Notes: generated by a model from the sequence alone, not told the origin. Shown: positions 20,082 to 29,897, counted from the first letter of the stretch. The stretch: DNA of 64,000 nucleotides from Limisphaerales bacterium (GCA_044225505.1 JBGAIN010000016.1:1-64000), one strand, 5' to 3'. Numbers and translations: made by a program.

Positions 20082-21308
20082 ATGCAGAAACGGATACTGG
20101 TGGTCGGGGAAGACGCGGACTTTATTCGCGAGCTGCGGAGCGAAGGACGCAGCGAGGTCAGCGATTGGCATTTCCACTGCGTTCGCACTGGGATGGAAGG
20201 CTTGGCTGCACTTCACCAATCCGCTCATACCGCCGTGGTCGCGAACTGGCGTCTTCCAGGGGGAATGTCCGGCAGCGCCCTTCTCGATGAAGTCTTTCGG
20301 CATCAACCCGCTTGTTTGCGGTTTGTGCGCACAGAAGTTGAGGACCAGAAGGCGACGATGAAGTCCACGGGAACGAGCCATCGTTTGCTCTTTCGCCCGA
20401 CTCAGGTGAGTACGCTCAAAGAAGCTGTTCTAAGTGCCCTAGCGCTGGAGGGTTGGCTTCCCGCAGAGCGTGTTCGGGCGTTGATGGGCAATATGCCGCG
20501 GGTCCCTAGTCCGCCGCAACTCTACTTTGAAGTGGTCAGTCAACTAGACTCGCCGACCTCCTCGCTCGACGATATTGCTCAAACCATCAGCCGCGACCCG
20601 GCGCTTACCGCCAAACTCCTCCAGTTAGTCAACTCCGCCGTGTTCGCCCTCCAATTGCGAGTGAACGAACCCAACGAGGCGATTGGGTATTTGGGGCTGG
20701 AAACCACCAAGTCATTAGTGCTGCTGGCTCACACTTTCTCCCACTTTGATGACCTGGTCACACCGGGATTCTCCGTCGATCAACTCTGGCAACATTCCTA
20801 CGCCACTGGCAAATGCGCTCGCGGCATTGCCGAAGAAGAGGTGAATGATCCAGGGCTCGGGGCGCAAGCGTTTACAGGCGGGCTGTTGCACGATATTGGA
20901 AAACTTGTCTTGGGGGCAAATCACGCGGCGCTCTTTCAGCAGGCCGTGCACTTGGCAAGAGAGACTAGGATCGAGTTGTGGGAGGCAGAATTGCAGGTCT
21001 TTGGGACGCACCACGCCGAGATTGGCGGGTGCCTGTTGGCAACTTGGGGACTGCCCGGCCCGATCGTCGAGGCCGTGGCTTTGCATCATCGTCCGATCCG
21101 CCTGTCCGATGCGGGATTCACCCCCTTGGTGGCCGTTCATGCCGCCAACGTGCTGACGCAGTCTCAGCAATCAGAGGGAAAAAAACTCGTCGCGCCGTCG
21201 TTCGATATGGAGTTTCTCCTACACTCTGGGTGTGCAGAACGGGTGAACGATTGGATGCTGCTCGGCTCCGGTCCACGGGCGCAAGTCCGCGAGGCGGTGG
21301 GCCTTTAA
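20082..21308 (+). CDS. HDOD domain protein with degenerate N-terminal receiver domain
   Basis: ISRDPALTAKLLQLVNSA, AIGYLG, LWQHS, GLLHDIGKL, HAEIGGCLLATWGLP, AVALHH; probable start MQKRILVV. Confidence 0.9.
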   Translation: MQKRILVVGEDADFIRELRSEGRSEVSDWHFHCVRTGMEGLAALHQSAHTAVVANWRLPGGMSGSALLDEVFRHQPACLRFVRTEVEDQKATMKSTGTSHRLLFRPTQVSTLKEAVLSALALEGWLPAERVRALMGNMPRVPSPPQLYFEVVSQLDSPTSSLDDIAQTISRDPALTAKLLQLVNSAVFALQLRVNEPNEAIGYLGLETTKSLVLLAHTFSHFDDLVTPGFSVDQLWQHSYATGKCARGIAEEEVNDPGLGAQAFTGGLLHDIGKLVLGANHAALFQQAVHLARETRIELWEAELQVFGTHHAEIGGCLLATWGLPGPIVEAVALHHRPIRLSDAGFTPLVAVHAANVLTQSQQSEGKKLVAPSFDMEFLLHSGCAERVNDWMLLGSGPRAQVREAVGL

Positions 21309-21313
21309 TCGCT

Positions 21314-22429
21314 ATGCAGACCCCGCCGCGGCGTCGCATTTTGCTGGTCGACGATGACCCACGCCTGTTGGCTGTCCTTCAGGCATTGATGGCGGAATAC
21401 TCGAGCGGACGTTGGCAGGTCCAGAGCGCTCAGGATACCGCGAAGGCACTCGCCATTCTGCAGGAAGGAGCGATCGACCTAGTGCTTTTGGATGTCCACA
21501 TGCCAGTGGTCGATGGCGTGCAATTCCTGCGCCTCATTCATCGACGTTATCCGAGTTTGGCCAAGGTGATCCTGACAGGAGACGCGACTGGGGCTCATCG
21601 TCAGGCCTGCCTCGACAGTGGGGCCGATCTGTATCTTGAAAAACCGCGCGTTGCCAACGGTTGGCAAAGTGTTTTTGCCACCATCGAGCAGTTGACCGGG
21701 TTGCAGTCGCCCGAATCGGGCTTTCGCGGTGTATTGCGGCGCGTCGAACTGCAAGATGTCTTGCAGATGGAATGCCTCGCGCGCAGTTCGTCAATCTTCG
21801 AAGTCACTGACGGGAAAGTCGCCGGGCGCATTTACATTCAGGACGGAAACTTTATCCACGCGGAAATCGCTGACAAGACCGGTGAGCAGGCATTGAATTC
21901 AGTCCTGGCACTCAACCGGGGAGAGTTTAGCCTGCATCCGTTTTCCGACCCGGAAAGGCGGACCATCGAGGGGCAATGGGAATTCCTGCTAATGGAGGCG
22001 GCGCGACAGCGCGACGAGAGCTCTGAGTTAGCTGCCGAACCGGCCCCGCCCCTGACAAACGAAGCACTGTTGGACAATGCGATTGACTCGGGATCAGCTT
22101 CTTGGCCGCTCGAACCTACCAAGCCCCTCGAGAACCTTGATCGCCCGGTCCCAACCAAGCCCTTAATCGAGGAAGTTCTTCTCTGCTCGAACCAAGGAGA
22201 TGTGTGGCATGAATGGCAATCCACCCGTCCAGAGGCTCGGATCCAGCTGCTGACCTTGCTACGTCACAAGGCAATTCAGCTCAGCGAAGGGTTGTCGCTC
22301 GGACAGCCCACTTTGTTGGAAATTGCCCAGCCGAATGCACGTGTGCTGGTCGAACTCAAATCCAATTGCTCGCTATTCGTCCGTTCCTCCCGCGTCGAAT
22401 CTCCCGACGAAGCAATTGTCGTCTCATGA
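21314..22429 (+). CDS. Response regulator with DUF4388 (PatA_N-like) domain
   Basis: ILLVDDD, LLDVHMP (phosphoacceptor Asp), YLEKP; GFRGVLRRVELQDVLQMEC...GRIYIQDG.FIHA...EFLLMEAARQRDE; probable start MQTPP at 21314. Confidence 0.88.
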   Translation: MQTPPRRRILLVDDDPRLLAVLQALMAEYSSGRWQVQSAQDTAKALAILQEGAIDLVLLDVHMPVVDGVQFLRLIHRRYPSLAKVILTGDATGAHRQACLDSGADLYLEKPRVANGWQSVFATIEQLTGLQSPESGFRGVLRRVELQDVLQMECLARSSSIFEVTDGKVAGRIYIQDGNFIHAEIADKTGEQALNSVLALNRGEFSLHPFSDPERRTIEGQWEFLLMEAARQRDESSELAAEPAPPLTNEALLDNAIDSGSASWPLEPTKPLENLDRPVPTKPLIEEVLLCSNQGDVWHEWQSTRPEARIQLLTLLRHKAIQLSEGLSLGQPTLLEIAQPNARVLVELKSNCSLFVRSSRVESPDEAIVVS

Positions 22430-22779
22430 AAGAACAGTTGAATCTCTGGCTCAGTCGACAAGCAGGTTTCCCCGGTTTGCTCGCTTGTGGACTTCGGTAT
22501 CCGGACCGTTCGGTATTTAGCCAGCAGCGCTCCGAGCGCATCGACAGCGGCCCTTTTGAGAAGTCCCTGAGCTGTCTGTCTGATATTTGGCGACTCCTGC
22601 GCTTAAATGGGCTCGGAGGCGAATGGTTACGCTGGGGCTATTCGGATTGTTGGTTCTATGCTGTCCAGCGTGCCGATGGGACTCTCTTAGGCTTGGTCAC
22701 AACGCGTTCGAGCGACCCGGCAGATTCCGAGCAGGTGCTGGCAATTGTCCAAGGATTCCTGGACTCGTCGCCAGGTTGA
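22426..22779 (+). CDS. Hypothetical protein, possibly roadblock/LC7-like fold
   Basis: ATGA overlap with the regulator gene; 117 aa with helix-PGLLACG-beta pattern; fold is inferred. Confidence 0.55.
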   Translation: MKEQLNLWLSRQAGFPGLLACGLRYPDRSVFSQQRSERIDSGPFEKSLSCLSDIWRLLRLNGLGGEWLRWGYSDCWFYAVQRADGTLLGLVTTRSSDPADSEQVLAIVQGFLDSSPG

Positions 22780-22863
22780 ACCGGTCACGGCTCGGTGGCC
22801 CTTCGACACTCGAGTCCATCCAAATTCCTGCCGTAACAGGATGGCCTTAGGCACCACTGGCAG

Positions 22864-24255
22864 CTAGCCGATCTGCAGTCGGGATCTTCCCTTCGGTAAA
22901 TCAACGCAAACGCTCACATTGGACCCTTCACGAAAACAAGTGCCAGATTTCAGCGCCAGCGCATCACGGACCGGCGCTAACGGCCGTCGCGTCTCTCCAA
23001 TCTCCAAAGACACTCCAGCCTCTCCGGCAGATTCAATGCGGAAGGTGAAGTCAGGGCAGGCGAATGGAGCGTCGAATGTCAGATGGGTTCCGTCCAGCTG
23101 GCATGAGGTCAACTCCCGGGCCGCCCAGTATCGCGCGACTTCACTCAGTTTCATCCAGACCAAATGTTGAAAACGCTGGTGTAGCCGGCGCGCCACTTCT
23201 TGTAGGATTTTGAAGCCCAATTCTTCGCCATTCCAGTAGATGCCAGTCCAGTGCCCCACCATGAGGGCTGGTTCGCCTCGCTCGATAACCTCGACCATAC
23301 GACCTTTTTGCAGATCTTCGGTGATAAATCTGTCCGCGCCCTCGGGTGGCGTACAATCCCATCCACCGGTCCAATCGCCCGTGCAGCCGAGGATACTAAC
23401 GACACAGCGCGGATCGGGACCTCCCAATCCGCTCGCATATTCGACGCGGGGAGCGACACTCGTCTCTCCACTGTCGTACAGGTCGCGAAAGTAATGTGGG
23501 ATCTCCGCTCCAAAAACGTCCCGGACAGCGCGCAGTGTTCCTTGGGCTAGCTGCGGTCGGGCACGGTTACCGAACCCGCCCGGGGTCGTGATGCCTTCGC
23601 AGGGCAAGCCAACGTTCTTGAGGATTTGCAGCGCGTACCGCAGATAATCAGTCATCTCCTCGACAGAGCGGCCTGTCGTCCAGTCCCAATTCTCCATGAA
23701 TGAACTTGTGCTTTCTGGGTAGGGGTGGCCCGTGCGAAGATCGATAACGCGCGTGTGGGTTACCATTTCCGGATGGATATCCCAATGAGGCGTCAGCAGC
23801 GATCGAACCAGTTCGATGCTCGAATTGAGCTCGCGCTGGGTCCAGCCAGGCAAGAAGCGATCGAGCCGACCGACACACGCCGGGTAGGGAACCACGCTGT
23901 ATTTGCCTTTAATTCCGTGCTCGCCACACCATTCTCCGAACTTCCGGACGAAGGCATCGGGAATTTCCACTGGCCAGTCCTTCCAATTCCGCCGATACAC
24001 CGCATTGGCACCTTGAAAAGTTTGGTCGAATTGCGGCATGGCAAAACGATTCAGGTTCACCAAACAGGTCGAGTCGTCGAGAATCCATCCCACCGGCACC
24101 CGTCCACGCGGGTTGAGCACACGGACGCGGCCTGCGCGCTGGGGGCGTTCGCCAGCAGGCTGGCCCAGAAGGGCAAGTGCCTCTAAGGAAATGCTGCCTG
24201 CCGCGATGTTGCGGGTCGTCTGCTGAAAAAACTGCCGCCGGGTTAGATTTTGCAT
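22864..24255 (-). CDS. Tat-exported hypothetical protein (polysaccharide-deacetylase/GH57-like barrel)
   Basis: MQNLTRRQFFQ Tat motif; ILDDST, GKYSVVP, DIHPEMVTHT, GITTPGGFG, VGHW. Confidence 0.65.
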   Translation of the reverse strand: MQNLTRRQFFQQTTRNIAAGSISLEALALLGQPAGERPQRAGRVRVLNPRGRVPVGWILDDSTCLVNLNRFAMPQFDQTFQGANAVYRRNWKDWPVEIPDAFVRKFGEWCGEHGIKGKYSVVPYPACVGRLDRFLPGWTQRELNSSIELVRSLLTPHWDIHPEMVTHTRVIDLRTGHPYPESTSSFMENWDWTTGRSVEEMTDYLRYALQILKNVGLPCEGITTPGGFGNRARPQLAQGTLRAVRDVFGAEIPHYFRDLYDSGETSVAPRVEYASGLGGPDPRCVVSILGCTGDWTGGWDCTPPEGADRFITEDLQKGRMVEVIERGEPALMVGHWTGIYWNGEELGFKILQEVARRLHQRFQHLVWMKLSEVARYWAARELTSCQLDGTHLTFDAPFACPDFTFRIESAGEAGVSLEIGETRRPLAPVRDALALKSGTCFREGSNVSVCVDLPKGRSRLQIG

Positions 24256-24482
24256 AGGCTTGGACGATTGACGGGCCCAGTATGGCCAAAATCGAAAGTT
24301 TCTCACGCAGTTTTTGGGTGCGATTCTTTGGAGGACACCTGAACGGCGCCGCGTCGCTGGTTCACTGATTGCGGGGAAGTTAGAGGTGACCGAAAATAGG
24401 GTTGATCTAGCCGGCCGTTCCAGGCATCCGTAGCCTCGGTTGCGGTCGCCATGGATACATCTGGTGATTGCTAGTTTATCTT

Positions 24483-25136
24483 ATGAAAACTCGTCTTCCG
24501 AATCCGAATTGCGTAATTGCGGCTTTTGTGTCGCGGCGGGCGTGTCAGGCAGCGCGGCTCTTTGCCATCGTTGCTGCGTTGCTCGTGAGCGGCTGCCTCC
24601 CTTCATTAAACCCTCTGTTCACGGAGAAAGACTTGATTGAAGATCCGGATGTGCTTGGGATCTGGGCCGAGCGCGAATCATCGAGTGATCATTGGGCGTT
24701 TACGCAGCTCGACGAGAAACGCTATCGTCTCGTTATCACAGAAAAAGGTGAATCCGCTCCTTTTGAAGTGCATCTCTTAAAGTTGGGCGGTCAGCGGTTC
24801 ATGGATTTGCAGCCAGAAAAAGCGTGGCTTGAAGCCGCCAAAGTCGGGGAGCTTTACAAATCGCTGCTCGTTCGAGGCCATTTGATATTGAGGATGGACG
24901 AAACCTCGCCGTCGCTGCGGCTCACCAGCCTGAATGGCGATTGGTTAGCGAAGCTGTTGAAGAGTGACCCGGCAACTTTGAGCCACAGCTGGATTGAACA
25001 AGATCGGTTTGTCATCACCGCCTCGACGAAGGATTTGCAGAGTTTCATTCTGAAACATCTAAAGAATGCGGCAGCCTGGGGTGATCCGACCCAGTTCGAG
25101 CGTCTTTCTTCGAGCGGTCCATCGACGAAGCCGTGA
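24483..25136 (+). CDS. Putative lipoprotein
   Basis: Lipobox LVSGC followed by LPSLNPLFTEKDL. Confidence 0.7.
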   Translation: MKTRLPNPNCVIAAFVSRRACQAARLFAIVAALLVSGCLPSLNPLFTEKDLIEDPDVLGIWAERESSSDHWAFTQLDEKRYRLVITEKGESAPFEVHLLKLGGQRFMDLQPEKAWLEAAKVGELYKSLLVRGHLILRMDETSPSLRLTSLNGDWLAKLLKSDPATLSHSWIEQDRFVITASTKDLQSFILKHLKNAAAWGDPTQFERLSSSGPSTKP

Positions 25137-25348
25137 CTTGCCCACGAATCTGGAAACCGGCTTTGGTGCCGGCCTTTGGACAATGACGCAAGGATTCAGC
25201 GCTGGAACGACGCCGTCCGGTCTTGGGAAGCGCGCTTCCCGGAATTGGCACATCATTGACCGGAAGTGAACCATACATGGTGGGCCTGGGGCGATTTGGG
25301 GGCTTGGCACACCAGCTGCCTCGATGCTCCTGGAACTAGCGGTCTCGC

Positions 25349-26020
25349 ATGGAAACTATGATCAAAATCGTCAATTTGGAAAAGAGCATCCAAGGCAAAG
25401 CGAGCCCCCTCTTCCTGCTCCGCCAAATCACTTTCGACCTTGATGAGGGCGAGTTTGTCACCATCATGGGACCCTCTGGAGCGGGTAAATCAACCTTGCT
25501 GAATATTATCGGGTTCTACGACAGCGCCTGGGATGGCGAATACTATTTCTGTGGGCAAGCTGTGCACGATCTCGGTGGTAAACAGCGCGCCGCTCTCAAT
25601 AAACAACATGTTGGCTTTGTGTTTCAGCAGTTTCATCTTCTCGACGATCTTACGGTGGCGGAGAACTTGGATGTTCCTCTGTCCTACCGCGATGTGAAGA
25701 AGTCTCAGCGTGAAGCAATTGTGGCAGATACACTGGACCGGTTTGGAATTGTCGGTAAAAAGGACTTGTTTCCGAGTCAACTGTCAGGTGGGCAACAACA
25801 GCTCGTTGCGGTGGCCCGTGCGATTGTGGCCAGTCCCAAACTCATTCTAGCGGACGAACCAACAGGCAATCTCCATTCGGACCAGGGCAAGGAGATTATG
25901 GAGCTGTTTCGCAAGCTGAACCAGTCAGGGACCACGATCATTCAAGTAACCCATTCAGAGGCCAATGCCAGCTATGGCAATCGAGTGCTGCGTTTGCGCG
26001 ACGGCTGGTTAGAGAGATGA
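25349..26020 (+). CDS. ABC transporter ATP-binding protein (LolD/MacB-type)
   Basis: [39 protein letters not shown]. Confidence 0.93.
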   Translation: METMIKIVNLEKSIQGKASPLFLLRQITFDLDEGEFVTIMGPSGAGKSTLLNIIGFYDSAWDGEYYFCGQAVHDLGGKQRAALNKQHVGFVFQQFHLLDDLTVAENLDVPLSYRDVKKSQREAIVADTLDRFGIVGKKDLFPSQLSGGQQQLVAVARAIVASPKLILADEPTGNLHSDQGKEIMELFRKLNQSGTTIIQVTHSEANASYGNRVLRLRDGWLER

Positions 26021-26091
26021 CGGCGTTTTCGCTGGGGCGGAAGGGCGCTTTCCAGTTGCGCCAGGGATAGAACCGGTCAAGTTAAGGCATC

Positions 26092-27207
26092 ATGACTCGT
26101 TTTCTGCGCCTTTTGGCGACCGTTAGCCTCCTCACTTCTGCATTGGTTTCGAGGGCGGACGGGCAGACGGAAGCCAACCGCCCGTTTCTCTGGGAGGTTA
26201 AAGGATCAAAGTCCACGGTATACCTGGCTGGGTCGGTTCACTTGCTACGCGAACAAGACCTGCCTTATCCAAGTCTGCTCCAAACGGCATTTGAGCGGGC
26301 AGACCAAGTGACCTTTGAAATCAACCTCGACGAAGCGACATCATTGAGTGTGCTGCTATTGACTGTGACGAAAGGGACCTATTCACCGCCCGATTCCGTA
26401 AAGGCGCATCTGACACCCGAGACCTATGCGTTGTTGGATGCTTACCGCAAGGCGAATAACGTCACGGCTCCCGATCTCTACCGTCCGTGGCTGATAAGTC
26501 AGGCGCTGACCGAGACCGAGTTGACGAGGGCCGGGTTCGCCGCAAAATACGGCGTCGATCAGCACTTCTTTGACGCCGCTAAGAAAGCAGGTAAGCCAAT
26601 TCTGGCTCTCGAATCGACCGCTTTTCAGATCAATGTTCTCGCGGACCTGCCTGAGGAGGGTCAAATCGCTGGGATTCAGCAGTTTCTTGAAAATCCTGCC
26701 AAGGTCGTGTCAGACACGGTGAGTTTGGTTGAGAGTTGGAAGCGAGGGGATGCGGAGTCGGTCCGTGCCCGAGCGGAAGCTGAGTTTATAAACGATCCCG
26801 TGGCCTTCGATAGGTTGCTGACGCAGAGGAACAAGAATTGGATGCCGACCATCGAGGGTTATCTCCAGTCCGCGAAGACCACGTTAGTCATTGTTGGGGC
26901 AGCGCACTTGTTAGGCGATCAGGGACTGGTCACATTACTGCGGCAGCGCGGCTACGACCTGGCACACCTCCCGCCGACGCCCACGATCCTGTCGCCGCCC
27001 ACCTTTCTCAAGATTCTAAAGCAGGCTGATTTTTTGCAGTTGAACCTTCAGTTAGAGATGGGGCAAAGCTACATCCTGGAAAAGACCTCGGACTGGAGAG
27101 CGTGGACCAACGTCGTTGCTTTTGCCGCGACGAACCTCGTGCAAACTCTGGAAACCCCGCTCCCTGCTTCGGGTGAGTCCACCTTCTGGCGACTCCGGAC
27201 ACCCTGA
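26092..27207 (+). CDS. TraB/GumN (Tiki-like) family protein with C-terminal FWRL domain
   Basis: FLWEV..VYLAGSVHLL, FEI, GVD, LES..FQ, LLTQRNKNW, VGAAHLLG..GLVTLLRQRGY; signal peptide. Confidence 0.9.
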   Translation: MTRFLRLLATVSLLTSALVSRADGQTEANRPFLWEVKGSKSTVYLAGSVHLLREQDLPYPSLLQTAFERADQVTFEINLDEATSLSVLLLTVTKGTYSPPDSVKAHLTPETYALLDAYRKANNVTAPDLYRPWLISQALTETELTRAGFAAKYGVDQHFFDAAKKAGKPILALESTAFQINVLADLPEEGQIAGIQQFLENPAKVVSDTVSLVESWKRGDAESVRARAEAEFINDPVAFDRLLTQRNKNWMPTIEGYLQSAKTTLVIVGAAHLLGDQGLVTLLRQRGYDLAHLPPTPTILSPPTFLKILKQADFLQLNLQLEMGQSYILEKTSDWRAWTNVVAFAATNLVQTLETPLPASGESTFWRLRTP

Positions 27208-27237
27208 GGCTTCGGTCGGAGAGGGTCAGACTACCGC

Positions 27238-28500
27238 TCAATGCCTTTGTTGAGTGCCGTTATTGAGCCAAACATCCACGCGTGGAGTTTCCCAATTGTA
27301 GGGTTTGTTCAGCAAATCTAAATCTCCATCCCCGTCCAGATCGGCCAGGCGTGCTTCGTGCCAGCCTTGTCCGGTGGTCAGGACCGTTCGGCGAAAATTG
27401 CCCTGTCCATCACCGTAAAAAATCCACGCCGTTGCGTTCGGGTTGTCAGGATCCTTCCGACTCTCCGTCCATTTCGCCATTTCCGCCGCGAAGATATCCA
27501 AATGGCCGTCGCCATCAATGTCACCCAGTTGGAGGCTATGGCCGTGTATCAAGTCACGGCCAACCAGATCGTGACCAACCCAATCCCCGCTCCGCGTTGG
27601 TTCGCCGAGACACTCATACCACCGGAGCGGGCCGATGCCGTCGCCGGGCGAGATGACAATTTGGAGACATTTCCCCGGCTTGAGCTTTCCGGCGAAGATT
27701 AAACCTCCGACCGGTCCGACCTTCACGGCGAGAAAGTTTGTTCCGCCTTGGTGCTTGAACCAGTAGTTCCCTGCAAGCAGGTCGACCTTGCCATCGCCAT
27801 CAACATCGGCGGCGGAGGCTCCTTCCGCATAGAGAAATGCTCCCTTATCACCGGTTTCCCCTGCCGTCCCGGTGAAAATAGCTAAAGCTGGCCAAGGTTC
27901 CACGCGTGCGTCCGTCGGAATATCCGCCAGAAACAAGGTCTTGGCTTGCTGATTCCAGAATGCCAATTGGGGCTTGCCCGTGCCTTTGAAATCCCCAAAG
28001 ACCTGATCGTGATGCTGGTTCTTGCCGCTGTTCTTAATGAGATGGCGTTTCCACGGAAGTCCAGGATTGAAGTGCGGTGCGGGATTTTCCCACCACCAAA
28101 CTTGGTTGCTTTGCCAGTCGCCGCCAAAGACGATGTCGACATCGCCATCTCCGTCGATATCGTACGCGGCACCACCTGCCTCGACCGTCAGGAAGTCGTG
28201 GTCGATCACCGATCGTTCCCACCTGTCAGCCACTCGGTGATACAAGACCAATGCGGGAGCAGTTTTGCGAAAGCTCAGGACAAAATCATTGACGCCGTCC
28301 TTGTCGAAATCGGCAACCAGCGCGCCGGTCTGTTGAGTCGATGTCCCTGGGATAGCCAAGCCGCCACCCTGGCTTGAGACTTGTCGCCATTGAATATCCG
28401 CAGCACGGGTCTCCTTTCCAGGGCCCGTCAGGAGGAGTATCGCGACGAGCACGGGCGTTGCCGTTAACGGAATGGTCACGAAGGACGAATGAAGATTCAT
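27238..28500 (-). CDS. FG-GAP/VCBS repeat beta-propeller protein
   Basis: DFDKDGVND, DIDGDGDVD, DVDGDGKVD, DIDGDGHLD, DLDGDGDLD; probable start MNLHSS at 28500. Confidence 0.88.
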   Translation of the reverse strand: MNLHSSFVTIPLTATPVLVAILLLTGPGKETRAADIQWRQVSSQGGGLAIPGTSTQQTGALVADFDKDGVNDFVLSFRKTAPALVLYHRVADRWERSVIDHDFLTVEAGGAAYDIDGDGDVDIVFGGDWQSNQVWWWENPAPHFNPGLPWKRHLIKNSGKNQHHDQVFGDFKGTGKPQLAFWNQQAKTLFLADIPTDARVEPWPALAIFTGTAGETGDKGAFLYAEGASAADVDGDGKVDLLAGNYWFKHQGGTNFLAVKVGPVGGLIFAGKLKPGKCLQIVISPGDGIGPLRWYECLGEPTRSGDWVGHDLVGRDLIHGHSLQLGDIDGDGHLDIFAAEMAKWTESRKDPDNPNATAWIFYGDGQGNFRRTVLTTGQGWHEARLADLDGDGDLDLLNKPYNWETPRVDVWLNNGTQQRH

Positions 28501-29897
28501 GGTCGCGTTGGTATGTCGCTGGCGGAGATAGGACGGTGACGTAGGAGATCCGCTTTGAAGTCTCCCAGACTGGGCCAGTGCAAACGTTGGTCTAAATCGA
28601 CCTCTGCGACGATGACTGTTCCCCACGTTTCACCCTTGGCCAACGTGTTGCCTTCGTGATCCCAAATGGCCGAAAGCATCCATTTGCGGCTCACATCTTC
28701 GTAAGTGCTGCTTACTAAGTAAACGTGGTTTTCACACGCTCGTGCACTCGCCAAAACGGGGTTGCAGCCCCACACGGGCCAAGCAATCACTTCCGCACCG
28801 TGGTTGCTTAACTCGCGTGCGACTTCCGGGAAAAAACCATCGTAGCAGACCATCATTCCCACTTTGCCAAACCTGGTCTGGAACACCGGGAATTCAGTGC
28901 CAGGCGAAACGCCACCCGCGACTTCATCTCGCGGTAGACAGACTTTGCGATATTTGCCGGCTACCTGGCCGTCTGGAGCGAGGAGCACAGCGACGTTATA
29001 GATTAGATGGCGGTCCCTCTCGATCAACCCAGACACAATGTAAAGATTATACTTCTGTGCGAGTTTACCAAAATACTCGGTCGACGGTCCTGGAATCGGC
29101 TCGGCGCACTCGCTGTAGGAGAGGCCTGTGCCGAAGTAGGTCAGCGTCTCTGGCAGAACGACGAGATCGGCCTTCTGTCGGGCGGCATCTTCGATCAACG
29201 GCCCGAATAATCGGCATTTGTCCGCTGGTGTCTTGCCGGCAGAAGGCCGAAAATGCGCGGTTGCCAACCGGACTTTTCGCCCTGGCGGTCGCGCGGTCTC
29301 GGCTAGTTCCACGCCGCTCCACACCCCTTGACCTCGGGGAGCCCACTGCAAATGCAGTTCGACCACCGCTTGACGGGCTTGCGATGGGGCTCGGTAAACT
29401 TGGGAGACCTCAGTCCAACCCTGCGCATCGACCCCTTGGTCCATCGGGTACTCGGCCTCAGCGGTGGGGGTGTAGCCCGGCAACACGTCGGTGACAAATC
29501 GCGCTAAAGGATCCATGGTCGGTCCGGATGCTTCGTCTCGTAAAACACTCTTGCCGGAACCGTCACGCCAAAGCAGCTTGATCACCGCGCTCCGACGCGG
29601 AATCGCCACTCCGTCAGTTTTCCGAAAGCTCGCAAACCGGTAATAATGACCTCCTTCAACGGGAAACGTTCTCGTCCAGTAGCCGTCCAACCCAGCCCTT
29701 TCATCGTGGGTAATGATCAGTTGCGGCCTGTTATTGTGTCCTCCCTCTGCCTTGACTGCGAATTGAGGGCGAATCTCCTCCCGCACCGCGGCCGCCTTCC
29801 ATCCCGCGACCTCCCCGCCCGATTCCAAATCGGCGGCCGTCAATGAGAGAGGGGCGGCTCCGACGACACACAGCAAGAGAGAAAGTGAGGTTTTCAC
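28497..29897 (-). CDS. Secreted carbon-nitrogen hydrolase (nitrilase superfamily) with N-terminal beta-sandwich domain
   Basis: Catalytic triad motifs LVVLPE, KYRKV, MVCYD; SARACENHVY; signal peptide; probable GTG start at 29897. Confidence 0.88.
   Translation of the reverse strand: MKTSLSLLLCVVGAAPLSLTAADLESGGEVAGWKAAAVREEIRPQFAVKAEGGHNNRPQLIITHDERAGLDGYWTRTFPVEGGHYYRFASFRKTDGVAIPRRSAVIKLLWRDGSGKSVLRDEASGPTMDPLARFVTDVLPGYTPTAEAEYPMDQGVDAQGWTEVSQVYRAPSQARQAVVELHLQWAPRGQGVWSGVELAETARPPGRKVRLATAHFRPSAGKTPADKCRLFGPLIEDAARQKADLVVLPETLTYFGTGLSYSECAEPIPGPSTEYFGKLAQKYNLYIVSGLIERDRHLIYNVAVLLAPDGQVAGKYRKVCLPRDEVAGGVSPGTEFPVFQTRFGKVGMMVCYDGFFPEVARELSNHGAEVIAWPVWGCNPVLASARACENHVYLVSSTYEDVSRKWMLSAIWDHEGNTLAKGETWGTVIVAEVDLDQRLHWPSLGDFKADLLRHRPISASDIPTRP

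Noticed and set aside
26092..27207. Conjugation gene traB indicating a mobile element
   Set aside because: TraB/GumN is a Tiki-like metalloprotein family; no relaxase, T4SS or integrase in the window.
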